From Perkinsus chesapeaki ATCC PRA-425 (lineage: Eukaryota; Protista; Perkinsozoa), in assembly GCA_013115145.1 (NCBI GenBank), contig JAAPAO010000072.1, positions 26,962 through 90,961 of the forward strand: a DNA stretch of 64,000 nucleotides, in the 5' to 3' direction. Position 1 is the stretch's first letter. Each line of letters opens with the position of its first letter. The translations under genes and the position numbers were made by a program. The notes beneath the pieces are model-generated. The model was given only the letters and a program-made list of their open reading frames with translations, was not told where the DNA came from and ran no database searches. Below are positions 36,907-50,200 of this stretch, one piece after another.

Positions 36907-37937
36907 GTCGATTAGGATGGAGCAGCTCGAATACGAAACAACATCAAGCCTCCCCGTGACGCCTCCTTAGCATTTACTGTGGAGCGGCGCTGCGGTGACT
37001 TGGATCACATTTTTGAAAATTTTAGGAACAAATATTCCAGCCCGAAATATTTGTTTGCTTTCCTGACAAAAGAAATATCTTCTACGCATGGGTATGATAA
37101 TTACCCTATCTGTCAGGCTCAAAGAACAACAGAATTAAGGTTAAGTTCCTTTGTAGCTTTTCTCCTCCACAGAAAGGCACAAGTACTACAAGCTTTTCCT
37201 TCTACTCGACAGAATGCCAATATTCCAGCACTGCTCAATCGTATTGCCCCTTCCAAATATCCAATCTACCGCCACCACCCGTAGCAACAGCGTCGAGTTT
37301 GAACAAGTGTCAAATACATCACGCGAAGGATGATCCAGCCGTGACCAGGAAAGTAGTAGGAACACCAAAACAAGCTTTGAACCGGCTGTCCCTTCCCATC
37401 CATCATCTTGCCCTCTCTTGCTGCCTCTAACGCGCAGGCATACCCTATGAAGGGACATGGATAGTCACCGCGTAAGATCGCCGAGCATACACACCAGGCT
37501 GTTGGTTCGCCTTCGCGCCGTAGCAATCACTGAAGCCGTAACGTTTCAATAGGGAAGGCACGAGAAGCCTGCTCCATCTGCTTGGAGGAGCGGAGTCGAG
37601 GAGGGTCACTTCAGGTAAGCGCTGTGTTGTACGTTTTCAGTGTAAGTTATGAGCCTTTACCAGCGAGCCAAGTTACGCGGAGTTCGATGTGAACAAGAAG
37701 CTCATTCGAGAGAAGTGGTTAAAAAAGGCATCATCAGCTCCATAGCTACTCAACAGCAGCTGCTGCCAATTAGTGGCGCACATAAAATCAAGGTGTGCTC
37801 TTCACTGCAAATACAAACATGAAGTGTATCCCTTCCGAGACCCAAAATACCTCATCATGTCTCTTACATCTATCAACCTTATACCACTCCTTCCCCCCAA
37901 ATACACAACTAATAAGAGTTGGTAAGATACGTCAACA

Positions 37938-38747
37938 TTAAGTCACTTCACTAGAGTTCATCTCATCCCCTTCGGTAACACTGCTATCCGATGGGCTACT
38001 CGGTGAAACGCTCTTTCTCTCCTCCATAATCTTCTTCCATCTATCAAACTGTTCCTGTGATAAAACCTTCGGGAACATCACCAAGCACCCCGATACTGGA
38101 CACGGCTTATCCACCCGATGATGAGGTCGACGCCGCCCTCCACCCTGAGCAGAAGAGCGATGCAATCTAAATGCGCTACACAACGCCGAAACGGTGCGAT
38201 TACGAGTGACTATACAAGATGAAGAACGTCGTCCACAGCTTGGAATGAATGAAGACTAAATAATATCTTCATATACGTAAGGAGTAGTGTTATTATTAAA
38301 TAACCTATCGAAGTAAGATGCCTGTGATGCCAGCCTCATCAAAGTGAAAATATGTTCCCTGAATGATTCAAGAATATCCCGGAAGTGATTATATGATAGA
38401 CAATGTGGCCCACTGAAAGACGACCTGGCAGCAGCAGCAAATACATTCCCACTGAAAACCCCGCTCGATGTCGACCTATGAACACGCCAGTGTGAGCATA
38501 TCATAAATGCAGATATATCATTTCCATGTATTATACGAAAATACTGAATATCAGTTGTGATACTAAATACCATCATATTCTTCTCGACTGTCCGCCAATG
38601 CTCATCATCATCTTCATCTTTCATTTCCTCTTTCTTCTCCATCTTTACTTTCTCCTTTTTTATCAAGTCAACTGTGGGCCGATATTTACGAGCTTTCCTG
38701 GAAAATGATAAAAATTCTCTCTTACTAGCCAGCAATAAAGCTGACAC
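37938..38747 (-). CDS. Hypothetical protein, multi-exon
   Basis: ORFs 38256..38747 and 37938..38183; charged low-complexity segments. Confidence 0.35.
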
Positions 38748-38919
38748 CTCTAGCTGTTGAATGATACAATAATCGACCCTCTGAAAACAACTGCATATTC
38801 GAACTCTACTCCGCTACCAGTTTAAATCGTACAAAAAGCGGAACGTGTGGTAGCCCCCGTAGAGGTAGATATTTGCTATACTAATAATCATTCAACGGCA
38901 TGGGGTGTTGGAAGGTAGA

Positions 38920-38996
38920 ATAATACATGCTTTGATATTAACAAAGGATAATACATGCTTTGATATTAACAAAGGCTAATGCGCTTTAATATTAAC
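38920..38996. repeat. 28-bp tandem repeat, about 2.7 copies
   Basis: ATAATACATGCTTTGATATTAACAAAGG x2 plus a diverged third copy. Confidence 0.85.
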
Positions 38997-39523
38997 TGAG
39001 ACCTAATGGCATTTCATCATTGCTATGAGCTAAACTTACTTTTGTAAAGCCTCATCATCATCTAAATCCACAACAGCATCATCACCTTCATCATCTGTAA
39101 TATCTATAATATCATCATCGTCATCATCATCGCCTAAGAATAATAAACCAACATATATAACGATTCATCCCATTTTATACTCTTTTTGATTGGAGATCCT
39201 CTACCACTAACTAACACACCGAAATTAAGCCAGTAAGTACCCTGGCAACCAAATGGGCAATTATCTACGAAATACGCTCACTACGATCACATACCGTATA
39301 GTACAAATCCATACGTGCGAGAGGACAACCCTTCTATATGTTGTAAAATGAAGAGATAGAATATTAAGCATATCAGTAAAAGATAAAGCAAGATTCCATA
39401 TCATTATAAGAAGAGTAAAAACAATATCTTCCTATCTGACATCGATTCACCTCTCTTTTTCCTTTTCTTTTTGCCTTCTTCTTTTTCCATCATCTCCCTT
39501 ACAGTCTCCTCCTTACGTGCCTA

Positions 39524-40340
39524 TCAACACACTTCATATAAACCAAGACACGCCGCCACCTCCGCCGCCACCCACCTCAGCTTTATCGAGGAGTCCTTCG
39601 GGATAATCAAAACCGCAGGTACTCCTGTTGAAATCATATGATGAGTAAGAATGCAATATACTAGCCAATTGGGCGGCAACCTAAAGGTCATTTTGTGGCG
39701 CGCGAGAATGACGTCCGAAAAGAGTGTTATTACTATTTTATGTTCAACAGGTTTCTTTTTATCATCACCTTCACCGTATTTAGTAAGTCTACATGCCTCT
39801 ACATAGTTCAACGGACATGCATCCGTGAGACATGCCTTACACACCGTACCACCGCAGCATGGCAGCAGAAGTGGGGAATGCTCTGGTGCCTGACAGAAGT
39901 ATATCAACCATACATCGTTCAACAGCAGCAGCAGCAACAAGCAGATTAGTCGATTGTGGGTATGGCAAGAAGAAACACCATCTTATCATTCCAAGAGCTC
40001 CAGTATGACATTCGAGATGTCCCCCGTTGAGTAGCCTTTGTTGGCCGACCAACTCAGGCCCAAACTTCAGACTCATCACACTTCCGCGTCTACCATGTGG
40101 ATCTCATCGGTCTGTCCGATAGACTCTACCTCGAAACCTATAAAAAGGTCCAAACTCAATGCCTACAGACCCTGCACATCTGGAGCTCATCGCAGACCTG
40201 GCGCTGAATCGAAGGCCCGAAGGCGACGAAGCCAAGATGGAGCATCGGCCAAAGAACGAAGAAAATATCCCTTCCCGTGAGCAGGTTACGGTATGAGCAT
40301 GTGAGTGTATAAACGATGGCATCTCATGTTGGACACTCAA
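39524..40340 (-). CDS. RING/U-box-like fragment, multi-exon
   Basis: PLLLPCCGGTVCKACL..ACP resembles the PCCGxxxCxxCI RING of RBBP6/MPE1. Confidence 0.4.
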
Positions 40341-40469
40341 GCCTACGACAGACTAATATCACACACACTTCCTTCTGCTGCGTATACGTACACTGGAGAC
40401 CGCGTCACAGGCCTGCCCTTTGGCGTTTCGGAAAGTTGTTATTAAATGATGACCTATCATCCCTCCCTA

Positions 40470-40853
40470 ATGAGAAACATCATTTGTCTGATCATGATTT
40501 CTGTTATGGTAGCTAACAGCCGGCAGTTTACTGGCACATACTATCCTGTCAACCCGGACGCCGCCGATGTCTACATAAACAAGATAAGCTTCGACCATTT
40601 CCGCTTTCACATCTATCTGACTCATGGGCAAGATCTTGCTCAAGCCGAGGTCTATGACTGCGCCTACTCGTATAACCTCACTAAAATAGAGTATCGTATC
40701 AGCATCTACAACATGGACTGTAATCGTATGGTACGTGAGTCTGGTGGCCTACTAACTAACGATTCCTTGCTTATGGATATGACCCAGGATGAAGAATATA
40801 TCTTATTCACCGCCGCTGGAGGGAAACGTATACCTTATGGAAGAGTGTTGTGA
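40470..40853 (+). CDS. Small secreted beta-rich protein, family member 3 (intronless)
   Basis: MRNIICLIMISVMVANS signal peptide; FTGTYYPVNP..YINKISF..YDCAY..RMVRESGGLL..YILFTAAGG. Confidence 0.8.
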   Translation: MRNIICLIMISVMVANSRQFTGTYYPVNPDAADVYINKISFDHFRFHIYLTHGQDLAQAEVYDCAYSYNLTKIEYRISIYNMDCNRMVRESGGLLTNDSLLMDMTQDEEYILFTAAGGKRIPYGRVL

Positions 40854-41994
40854 GGAATGATGTAAAAGTGTTTGAGCCTCCAATTGAGTTATCAATTTCT
40901 ATCGGTAAGTCGGTTAGTCAGTTTGAGGTTCATCGTGTGGTGATCTTATCTTTACGAACAACACCAGACAACCAGAAAAGGTCGAAAAAGAAGAGGTTGA
41001 GTGTGCAACTCGTCACCCACACTCCTCTGATGTTAAGTCTTCCTGTCAAAGCTAAGTGGCTTGAGTTAAGTCTTGCTCTCGAGTTGACACCATAAACCTG
41101 ATACTAGTTTAACCATTCGCTATTGGTAACTTTCAGGTCAGAACGGTAAGGATTGAAAGAGGAGTACAGACTGTATTGTTTTATTCTTCATTGTACTTTC
41201 GACTGTATTATTATGCAGCAATCTCGTTTGGACTTGCCCATCCGTAGACCTTACTAGCCTTGCCTGTCTGAGCCTTTGGCAACAAGACTATACCGACCTT
41301 CCCAGACAAAACGAAGCAGCGAATATAGGTACGTTATGATAGCTGTTCAAAAGTGACTTCTCAAACAACCTGTGAGATTTCTCGGCAGAATTTCTATGAA
41401 TTTTCGTATCACCTCAGACTCGGAAATGCTGCGTTGCAATCCCGAAGAGACTTTCTCCACAGTTCTACGATATTCATGATCGAGCTACACAAACTTCGTA
41501 CATGTATTGCAGCATTCTTACCAGCATAAGATTATTGCAAATCGGGCACACACACGTCTCTGGCACCTTTGCTATCCTCTCCCTACTCTTTCCTTCCTTA
41601 TTATCTGACACCTCTAGCCATGCTTGAGAAGGCACCACTTTAACAAACCTTGTGAAGGTGAACTGCTGCCATCTTCTCCATCTGCACTTTTAAAGTATCG
41701 TGCGTGTTCCACTACGATATTCCCTTTTACTTTAACTCCTCGACTTTGCCGCTGATCGAAAGATACATGCCATATTATTCAACTTCATCCAACTTAAGTG
41801 CCTTCTTTCCCCAATTGCGTTTCCATTTTCCCCAAGTAAGGTACTAAGCTACGGCTTTTATTTCCCACTACTTCCCTTTCAGCGTTCGTATATGTCAATA
41901 GTCTAATTTCACTACTCCAGCACAATTGAAATGAGCAATTAACCATATAATAGAGTATAATAATAATATTCTAGGATCGCTGTCTAGTATATTA

Positions 41995-42714
41995 TCAGGT
42001 TTTCAAGATAAAGCGCCACGATAAAGAGCTTTGATAAACTATATAACCCCTCCTGCTTACCCCAACGCTTGGCTTCCTTGTAACCAATAATGTAGCATTC
42101 GCCGGTATGAGCTCACCATCATAATCATACAGCCTACCGGGCTCACCTGGGAAAATAAAGGGATGATTATAGTAGATCACAGAGATGGAGCACTAACCTG
42201 CAGCCGCGTTCTCAGTAGTAGATTCATCCATCTCATAAAGCTGCAAATCACGGGCATCACATTCCTTCTTTTCAGCGATTAATAACTGATTCAAAAACTA
42301 CAGTAATATCGTGGCGTGTGGTCATAGTATTTCCTTATTTCCGCACACTAGTGAACTTCCGCTTCTTCACGTGAAAGAACAAACGATGCATCCAGCAGCT
42401 ACTCGAAAACCCAAAAACTGCGGTAAATAAATCGAGTTGATTTCATTTTCTTAATTCTAATAAACTAAAAATTAAATCCCGAAAAATAAAGCCATAAGGA
42501 GCTACGAGGTGCGAGAAAAACGATTTATTTTGAACGAAGCAGAATTTCGGCAGGTGAAACGGCTGAAAGATTCTCTCACCTTAAGTTCACCAACTGCTAT
42601 ATCAGCAGCATTAAATGCTATCTTGTCAAGTGTGTTCTGATGCTTGAATTTGAAATAGACAACATTTTGTAGTTTCCCTTGTGCCACCAACTCTGCCTCT
42701 GATACCATCGCCAT
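41995..42714 (-). CDS. DWNN ubiquitin-like domain protein (RBBP6/MPE1 N-terminus), at least 3 exons
   Basis: VVYFKFKHQNTLDKIAFNAADIAVGELK|FLNQLLIAEKKECDARDLQLY...|LIPANATLLVTRKP. Confidence 0.8.
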
Positions 42715-42931
42715 TATAACAAAAAAGGAGGAGGACTACCCAAGATAACGACCGAAAATGGAACATCACTAACACAATCTTATCCATAAGGCTCAAAGAT
42801 ACGTCGACCGAGAAAATAGGCAGCAGCTCTTAGATCTTTCCGCACTTCAATTTTTCATCAACTCAATGTGGATGGTGGATATTTGGTAGAAACTTTATTA
42901 TTTTTATTTCTTGTTGGCCACAGTTGAACTT

Positions 42932-43584
42932 CTATTGTGGTATGTCCCTCTTTAAGCATTCAATCTTAACAGCGTCTTTACCGGCAATCATAACCATACC
43001 AATGCTACGGATCGACTTCTCTCCTACAAACAGACAACCAATTTAGTGGCGCGTGAAGCTACCATAGTCGAATAACTCCTCAACTTTCTACGGTCTATCG
43101 GTTCATCGATCCATCGTTTACTAAACTTAGTCATAAAAAATGGAGTAATTGACCGCATAAGCCCTAAGCAGTGATATGGACTAGCTCAGCAGCACTGATA
43201 TGATAGCGAACTCTAGACCGTCTCATTCATGCCAGATTTTAAAACTTTATAAATATTTGTAAGTCTTCCCATTTCCGCCATATCTTCATTCGCAATACGA
43301 AATTGTATCACCAACGTCGTGTAATTCTTTCAAGACTATTTCTCGCCAACACATGCCGATGGTTAATGATGCATAAACTTACGTTTAGTTGGTATCCCCC
43401 ACTGACCTTTATCTCGCCTTTCAATTGCATTCTGTAATATAATATTCTTCTTATCATCTATACAGTAAAGTCTACCAGTAATATCACGACCATCTGGCAG
43501 ACTGACACGCAATGATTTATGCAAGAGTGAAGGGAGAAAATTCGAAGTGGGAACAGCAGCAGCAACAACGGTAGAGACCGACAT
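42932..43584 (-). CDS. NAA38: LSm-domain protein, NAA38/LSMD1 (NatC auxiliary subunit)-like, 2 exons
   Basis: LLHKSLRVSLPDGRDITGRLYCIDDKKNIILQNAIE...|G-EKSIRSIGMVMIAGKDAVKIE; intron about 43024-43407. Confidence 0.75.
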
Positions 43585-43756
43585 TTCCAAGGGAATAAAT
43601 AACAGCTGAACTGAGATCATTTCAGGGCGCGTGACGAAAGAAGACACTTTCGAGGAAAAACCACTGTTGATGCTATACTGTATATACCACCATTTCGTGG
43701 CGCGTGAAACCAACCCAGCTCGAGTTCATGTACAAAAAGTGTAACAGTAAGACGGA

Positions 43757-43999
43757 TCAATTATCATTTTTCTTTTCTTTAACTGCGGCCAAGGCGGCGA
43801 GCAGCGCCTCATTTGGGCTCAAACCAGCAGCGACGTATCTGACATGCATACCTTCGCTGCAACCGGGCAAAGGATGATGGAAATACTCATCGAAAAGGCT
43901 CTTGATTCTGTCTTGGGTTGAGTTCGCCGTGACTGAGGATGGCTGGGACGGCGGCGGCGGAGGGGGCTGCTGTTGGGTAGATTTGATAGGAAGGAACAC
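43757..43999 (-). CDS. Small hypothetical proline-rich protein
   Basis: 80-aa ORF with QQQPPPPPP; no family recognised. Confidence 0.35.
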   Translation of the reverse strand: MFLPIKSTQQQPPPPPPSQPSSVTANSTQDRIKSLFDEYFHHPLPGCSEGMHVRYVAAGLSPNEALLAALAAVKEKKNDN

Positions 44000-44220
44000 C
44001 TATGTGAGGTAGAGTAAGCCATGTCCCCAGCGCTGCCTATGGAACTGGTTCAAAATTGGACCGCCATAGGAGCAAACAAATGCTTAAAAAATCTAAGGTT
44101 CTTTTTGTTCATTTACGATGGCAATACCTCACTTCGCTCGTAAATCTCACGCGCCACAAAATTATGAGGTATGAGCCCTTTTTTCGCACCACCCTGTCTT
44201 AGCTTACATGCATTGTAACA

Positions 44221-47200
44221 TCAGCAGGGGGAGGAAAGAGGACACCACCAGCGCCATCGCCAGACTGAACTCCATGTGCCATAGCCAAGGACAATTGAAA
44301 CCTAAAAATGACATCTGTCGGATTCGAACCCGGGAGTGTTCCTGCTGCTGCTGCTCACTTCGTAGCATTCTTCTCTGGACTTAATGTCATCAAAACGGCT
44401 CTGGTCATCGGCGGTATAGTGTCCTGTGTAGTCAGACTTCCCCGAGATGATACGACGTTTTTGGACTCACTGGCGTCGAGCTCGATAACAAAGGAACTGA
44501 GCAATGATGCCACATTAATTCAACTGGCAGCCCGCCGACCATTTAGCCGATCATCGAGCTGTAAAATATTTTCATATAATCTTTACAATATGTTCTCGTT
44601 TAAAAACCAATAAGCGCTGACAATTGATCGAAATCTCAACCTCACTTTTTCGTCCTATATTCCAACATAGATGCTAACATAACAATTTTCCAAGTTCCTC
44701 CAAAACAGCTTTAGATTTGTGTGCAACATGGCCTCCTTACCAATCCTGTCGTGTGTTCTCTGCACATACTATTGTCCCTGAGCTGTCTTGGCATATATAT
44801 ACTCCGATCCCTGGAGCTACATCCCTTCGTTTACCGTATACTGTAGCGTAGGCAAACCTGAAAGATACAAGGATAACAAAGTGAGCTAGAAGGAAGCTTG
44901 GTTGGACATCTGAGGACATGAAAAACAGTTGTCCTTTACTCCATGTTTCAAACAGCTCTAGTGAGCGGTGGATGTGAGATTCGTCAAAACCGATTGAGCA
45001 TATTTTCAAGAGTTTAATCGGTGTACATTAGCCTTACGTAGCCGAGCCTGACTCTATCCCATTCATCCTCTTAGACGGCGTGATAGCCTTCAACTTCTGT
45101 GATGAATGGATCGCCACTGTACCTGGGAATATGGAAATTGGAACTTGGCAGAGGATGACCGACTTTACTCTTTCTGTGGCCCAACTCCATCGAGTGAGAA
45201 AACGACAAAGGAACTATACGGTAGGTCTCTCCGCGCTTGAGGAATATCTCCGTGCTAACCTGTGACTAGATGCACCACGAGAATGCCAACATCGTTTACC
45301 TCAGGCATCATGTCCCTCTTGGCCGTACCGGCACATTCGAGCAGCTCACCAGTAGAAGGATCGAGCCGAAGGATAACCAGACCGATGTCCACCAGCGTGC
45401 TGGCCATACCAACCGCGCTCTCACGCGTCTTGTTGCTCTCCTGGTATACTGTAATGTCGACCGAGGCATCTAATCGACGTGTTGAGCAGCTCACATGCAA
45501 AGGCGGACACACCTTCATCATCGGGCGCAGTAACGGTAAACATCTCGCCGAGACCTGTTAAAGCTGGCAGCCAGCATCGCTGCCTTACAATGGCTTCAGG
45601 GGGATAATCCTCGTGGACCTGTGATGGCAGTCGGACGAGGGGACGTGAGAAGTTTGCATTACCCGACAGATCTCAAGGCTTGCAAAGTATTCAACTACAT
45701 CTTCCCAGGACATCCAAAACAGGCCGTTGGAATCGTACCTGTTATGATACACCATTACCACCCTATCAGCGTTACTCCCTACATAGATACTCCAGCGCTG
45801 TTCACAACACCGAGCTCCCGTTTAAGCTCGTCAGTCCATTTGGCAGAGTCTCGTGACCAATCACCATTCCACGACCCTACAGGAGACATTTAATGGATTA
45901 GCAAACGTGTGCTTAGGATTACTCGGGCTCTGAGCTCCCCATGGGTTCCGCAATAGAAGAAGACGATTCTCACCAACCTCTCTCACATCCATTATGGAAT
46001 AAGCATGAGGCGCCTAAAGTGGAAAGGGAGTGCAAACCACAGTCTTATTCGAATACCCAACTACGACAAGGATATCCCCTCAGGTGTATCTTACCTGAAG
46101 ACCTTTGTCTTTTAACTCAGCTCTACTATGCTTGAACGTCGGTGCACATGCTACACCAAGTAAGTACCTGTTGTGTAAAGCTCCTACGCTTCTACGAGAA
46201 GCATTTTGACTTAAAATTTTCAAGCCCTAAGAACTAGGTTTTCTAGAGAAGAAGTTGAACGGCGGCTTCACCCACTATAGTGGTGCATCTTTGGCATCTT
46301 TGCATAGGTACTGAGTGACTCAGTACCTACCTATAGACTCAGTCTGAGTCTACCTCGCTACTGGGTCATCGATATTGCCGATGACACATCGGTCACAATA
46401 GCGATTCGGTAACAACAGCAGTAGTGCCGCAGCGGCACTGCCGCTGCCAAGTGCGACAAGGAGGTAGATGGATGCACCAACACAACCCGCTGATGAGATA
46501 ACTTAACGGTCGAGTTTCAACGGAACGGCCATAGCAGTAAGTACTGTATCTGGGTTCCTGGCAGGCACCAGCCTGGTTCCTGCTTGGCACATCCGTCACT
46601 AAGTGTTACTCATTGTGGGCACCATTGATGCTTATCTGTGGAGCCTGATATCAACTACAACCATTGTTTACTCTCCACGATAGTCACACGATAACAACAA
46701 GCTCATATGCAGGATGAGTACTATTCAATAATCAACACGCCACAGGCGTGAAAGTTACCTGTAAGCGGCTGAGGTTGATGTCATATTTTCTAGATACAAT
46801 ATTGCTCACTATTTTGAGTTTCTCTATGTAGGATCGCAACTTTACAGTATCATAGAGCACTCGTCCAGCATAACGAGATCTGTTTTTGTTAACGCCCATG
46901 TATACTAACTTCGGTGTATTTATAGAAACTTGCGTTGTTGCGAAACTAGACTCCAGCTACCACACCAGCCATGTCCCTTACTCGTATATATTGCGCACGC
47001 CCTCCACAAAACTACAATAGCGGATATGCTTTTAAAACAGAGCCACCTGGGAGAATGTCCTGCTCCTGGTGTCCGCTCACGTCACATCAAGAAGCAAAGA
47101 AAACGGTGTAGTAGCAGTCACTATGCTGTGTAACAATGTGGCTGCCATATTGGCTCTCAGGAAACTCAGGTTATATGCGGACAAGTGCCGCAACAACGGA

Positions 47201-50200
47201 CAAAGCTCATCCTGCCCACTAAGTAAGCGGTATTATTACAAAAGGCCATGAAAATACTTGCTGGGAGCTGCTCATGAGTGGTTCTTGAAGCTGCCGCGCA
47301 CCGTGTACTGTATATCCCGGCTATATCGTAGTTCTGCCACCAAACTATGTTCACGCTGCGTGAATCACACAACTTTTGCCTGAGGCATCTTGTCTCATAC
47401 GATATTACGATAATGCTAAAGTCGTATTATGGCTCAAGATAGCATTAGATTGAGGAGTAGAAACTGAGGTCATGTAGCGAGTAAGGCAACACTAAAAATT
47501 TTAGTGACTCCGTCACGAGAGTCTCGTGGGCCCGGCCCTTTCATAGGGAACTCATTTACAAATTTGCGCGAAGTGATACTAAATTTGGGGGAGTTTCATA
47601 CCCAGCTTCATGGCTTGTGAGCAATCTAGCCCACAGCACTTCCAGTTCTGATTTCCATTCCTCCTCGGCTGTCATATCTGCTCCGCTAGCTCTTAATTCT
47701 TCGTTTTTCCGAGCTAGCCATTCCGGAGACCTGCAGCGGATACTCCCGAAATTGAGATAGTTGCCTATTGGGCAATGCCCAAGCTGTTACCTGAATAGAA
47801 TTTCTCTCGTAGTTGGATATCCCGTAAACAGGGACATCGCCTCTGAGATTGTGCCCGAATTCAATGCTTCATAACAACCAAACAACTTCGCCGCAGCCTT
47901 CTCAATTATCGGCACCTACCAAACCCTGCAATTTCTCTCTACCAGACACTAGCCGATGAAACCCGTGTAATCTACGTTAATAAATAAATCGTCTCACCCA
48001 CAGCTGTCTCCTTGCTGCTTTGGTGTATGCTAGAGTTCCAAGCTTAGTACATGGGAATGTATCATCAACTATTACATTATGCCATATACCATCTCGGCAC
48101 AGCTTGACGACGTACCTTAAAATGATAGACTATCACTCCCCCGATTCGGCGCGTCTTTATAGATCTTACGCGCCAACAGGGTTGTACTGCTTAGAAGCAG
48201 CCAGGATCTTCTCAACCAGCTGAGGTTTCTGCGCCAGTAAACTCAAAGCACCAACAAACCAGCAGTTGCCCAGCGCGCCTGACCACCACGCATTTTCAAT
48301 AGCTTTCTAAACAGATATGATTCCCACCTTGCCGTATGTCGTCAGGAGACGGCTCGCCACGTATAACTTCCCAAGGAGTCCCTCCAATCTACCCAATAAC
48401 CCTTACAAATCTACCCAACTGGAAGGATGACTACCTCCATAGTAACATCGTCTCTGATATCAACAGGCCGTAGCCATTGGCTTGGCCGCGCCTGCAGCAC
48501 TACGAACCCAGCCTCAGCCTTACACCGTCCGCAGACAAGCTTCTTTCCCTCACTAGACTCCGATGATGCCGGTGGCGGATGTCCATGTTTCTGTTCATAC
48601 CTACCGACTCAAGCATGCCCACTAGAGCCTATTGTTGATTGCCATTACACTGTATTATACATTATCTGCAACGTTCCAGGATTCTGCCTCATCTGTTCAG
48701 CCATAACAGGATTGGTAAGCTCTATGTATCTAAAGTTACCAGTAGCCCCCTCCATGGTCCCCCATACCCTACTGAAAGAATGCTCGCATCTCCCTCCTCA
48801 TATCATCCCTCTCCGCCTCTTTTTGAGGATCCTCCGTTGGCAATGGATTGCCATTAAAATGACATTCTTGGCAAGTCCAATGGTTCGCAGAAGCTTCGTC
48901 GAAGTATCTGAGTTCCCCATCACCACATTGCATCCGACGACTGTTGCCATCAGTACTTAATGCACGAATGATACGAATGAAAAAGACCCGAGGCGGCATT
49001 CGACATTTAGAGGCACCCACATTATTAGTAATAATAACCGTCATCAGAGAAGCCGTTCGACTCTCGAGGAATATACCGTTTCTGACGTAATGAGAGATGG
49101 ACTATGGCCAAGACAAAACGAGGGACTATAGGGTGAAAGCTTCTCCCTAGGTCCTTTGAATTTATATTGCTCAATTTCCAAGGTACAGCTAGGCTATCAC
49201 AAATTAACCATAACTGGTATACCGAGTTGAGAAGGACCTTGCTAAATTACAAACCGAGCTGCAAGACTCTAGAAGTCGTACGGTTCAAGCGGAACAAGCA
49301 CCACCTCCCGGCTCCTCTCCCGACTTATTACAAGCTTTTATCCAACGGTGGGAATGAGGGGTCTACAAAATTAGTGCCCATCTCATTACAATACTCATTT
49401 ATATTCTTTAATCCCTCCTCATCAACCTGATCACCAACTCCTTACCACTACTTCAGACCCTAGCCTACCTCCTCTACAGCTGTGAATCTATCGAATTCCG
49501 CTGGTTTAACATCATCGGCATCATCCTTCTCTTTACTACAACCTACCATTTCACATACACCATAACACTTTCCAAACACTACCGACTGCTTTGGTCCTTT
49601 TTCCCCCCTTCACAATCTTCCATCGATTCCCGTAAAGCCTGTAACGTCGCCATACCGATCCACTGTTCATCCCATCCTACCTTAGCTATCTCAGGATCCT
49701 CTTCAGCTGCCGCTGCCGTGTCAGGATCGGACATGATATACCTGTCAGCAGATAATCATTTTAAACCATAGCAGTAAATAAACGATCTCACACGCACATC
49801 AACGTTGACAAAGTATACTGGAGCTGGGAGCAACACTTTGCATCCTCCCCAATGTGGAACAGCGCTTAAACTATAGCGCTTTAAATGCACCCAGTGCATC
49901 ATCATCAAAGTCGGCCAGAGTCAGCGTTTTACTATAATCTTATTCGTATCATTATCAACATGAATCTTGATGAATTTTTTTCTCAATTAAAATCAGCATA
50001 TTGTTTCCATATCGCCGTTCTCTTACTCCATAGCTTCATCCTTTTCATTGCTCGGTGATACACCCATATCAACATCGTCCCCAAATGCCCCTTCAGCCCA
50101 ATACTCATCAGGGAAATCCTGACCGGTGATATCCCTTCTCTTCCTCCTCCTCTGCTATTACCATAAACTCCATCAGATAGGCCGCTGCAGCTTCCATATT

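Noticed and set aside
38775-38810. Possible T-loop (GTAGAGTTCGAATATGC) 18 nt before an AG on the minus strand
   Set aside because: The T-stem does not pair, so it is too weak to count among the tRNA-derived introns.
47412-47448. GGCTCAAG resembling the SL 3' end
   Set aside because: Only 8 nt match; part of a small TAATGCTA/TAGCATTA inverted repeat.
49270-49300. CGGTTCAAGCGG T-loop-like string in a calpain intron
   Set aside because: No stem pairing.
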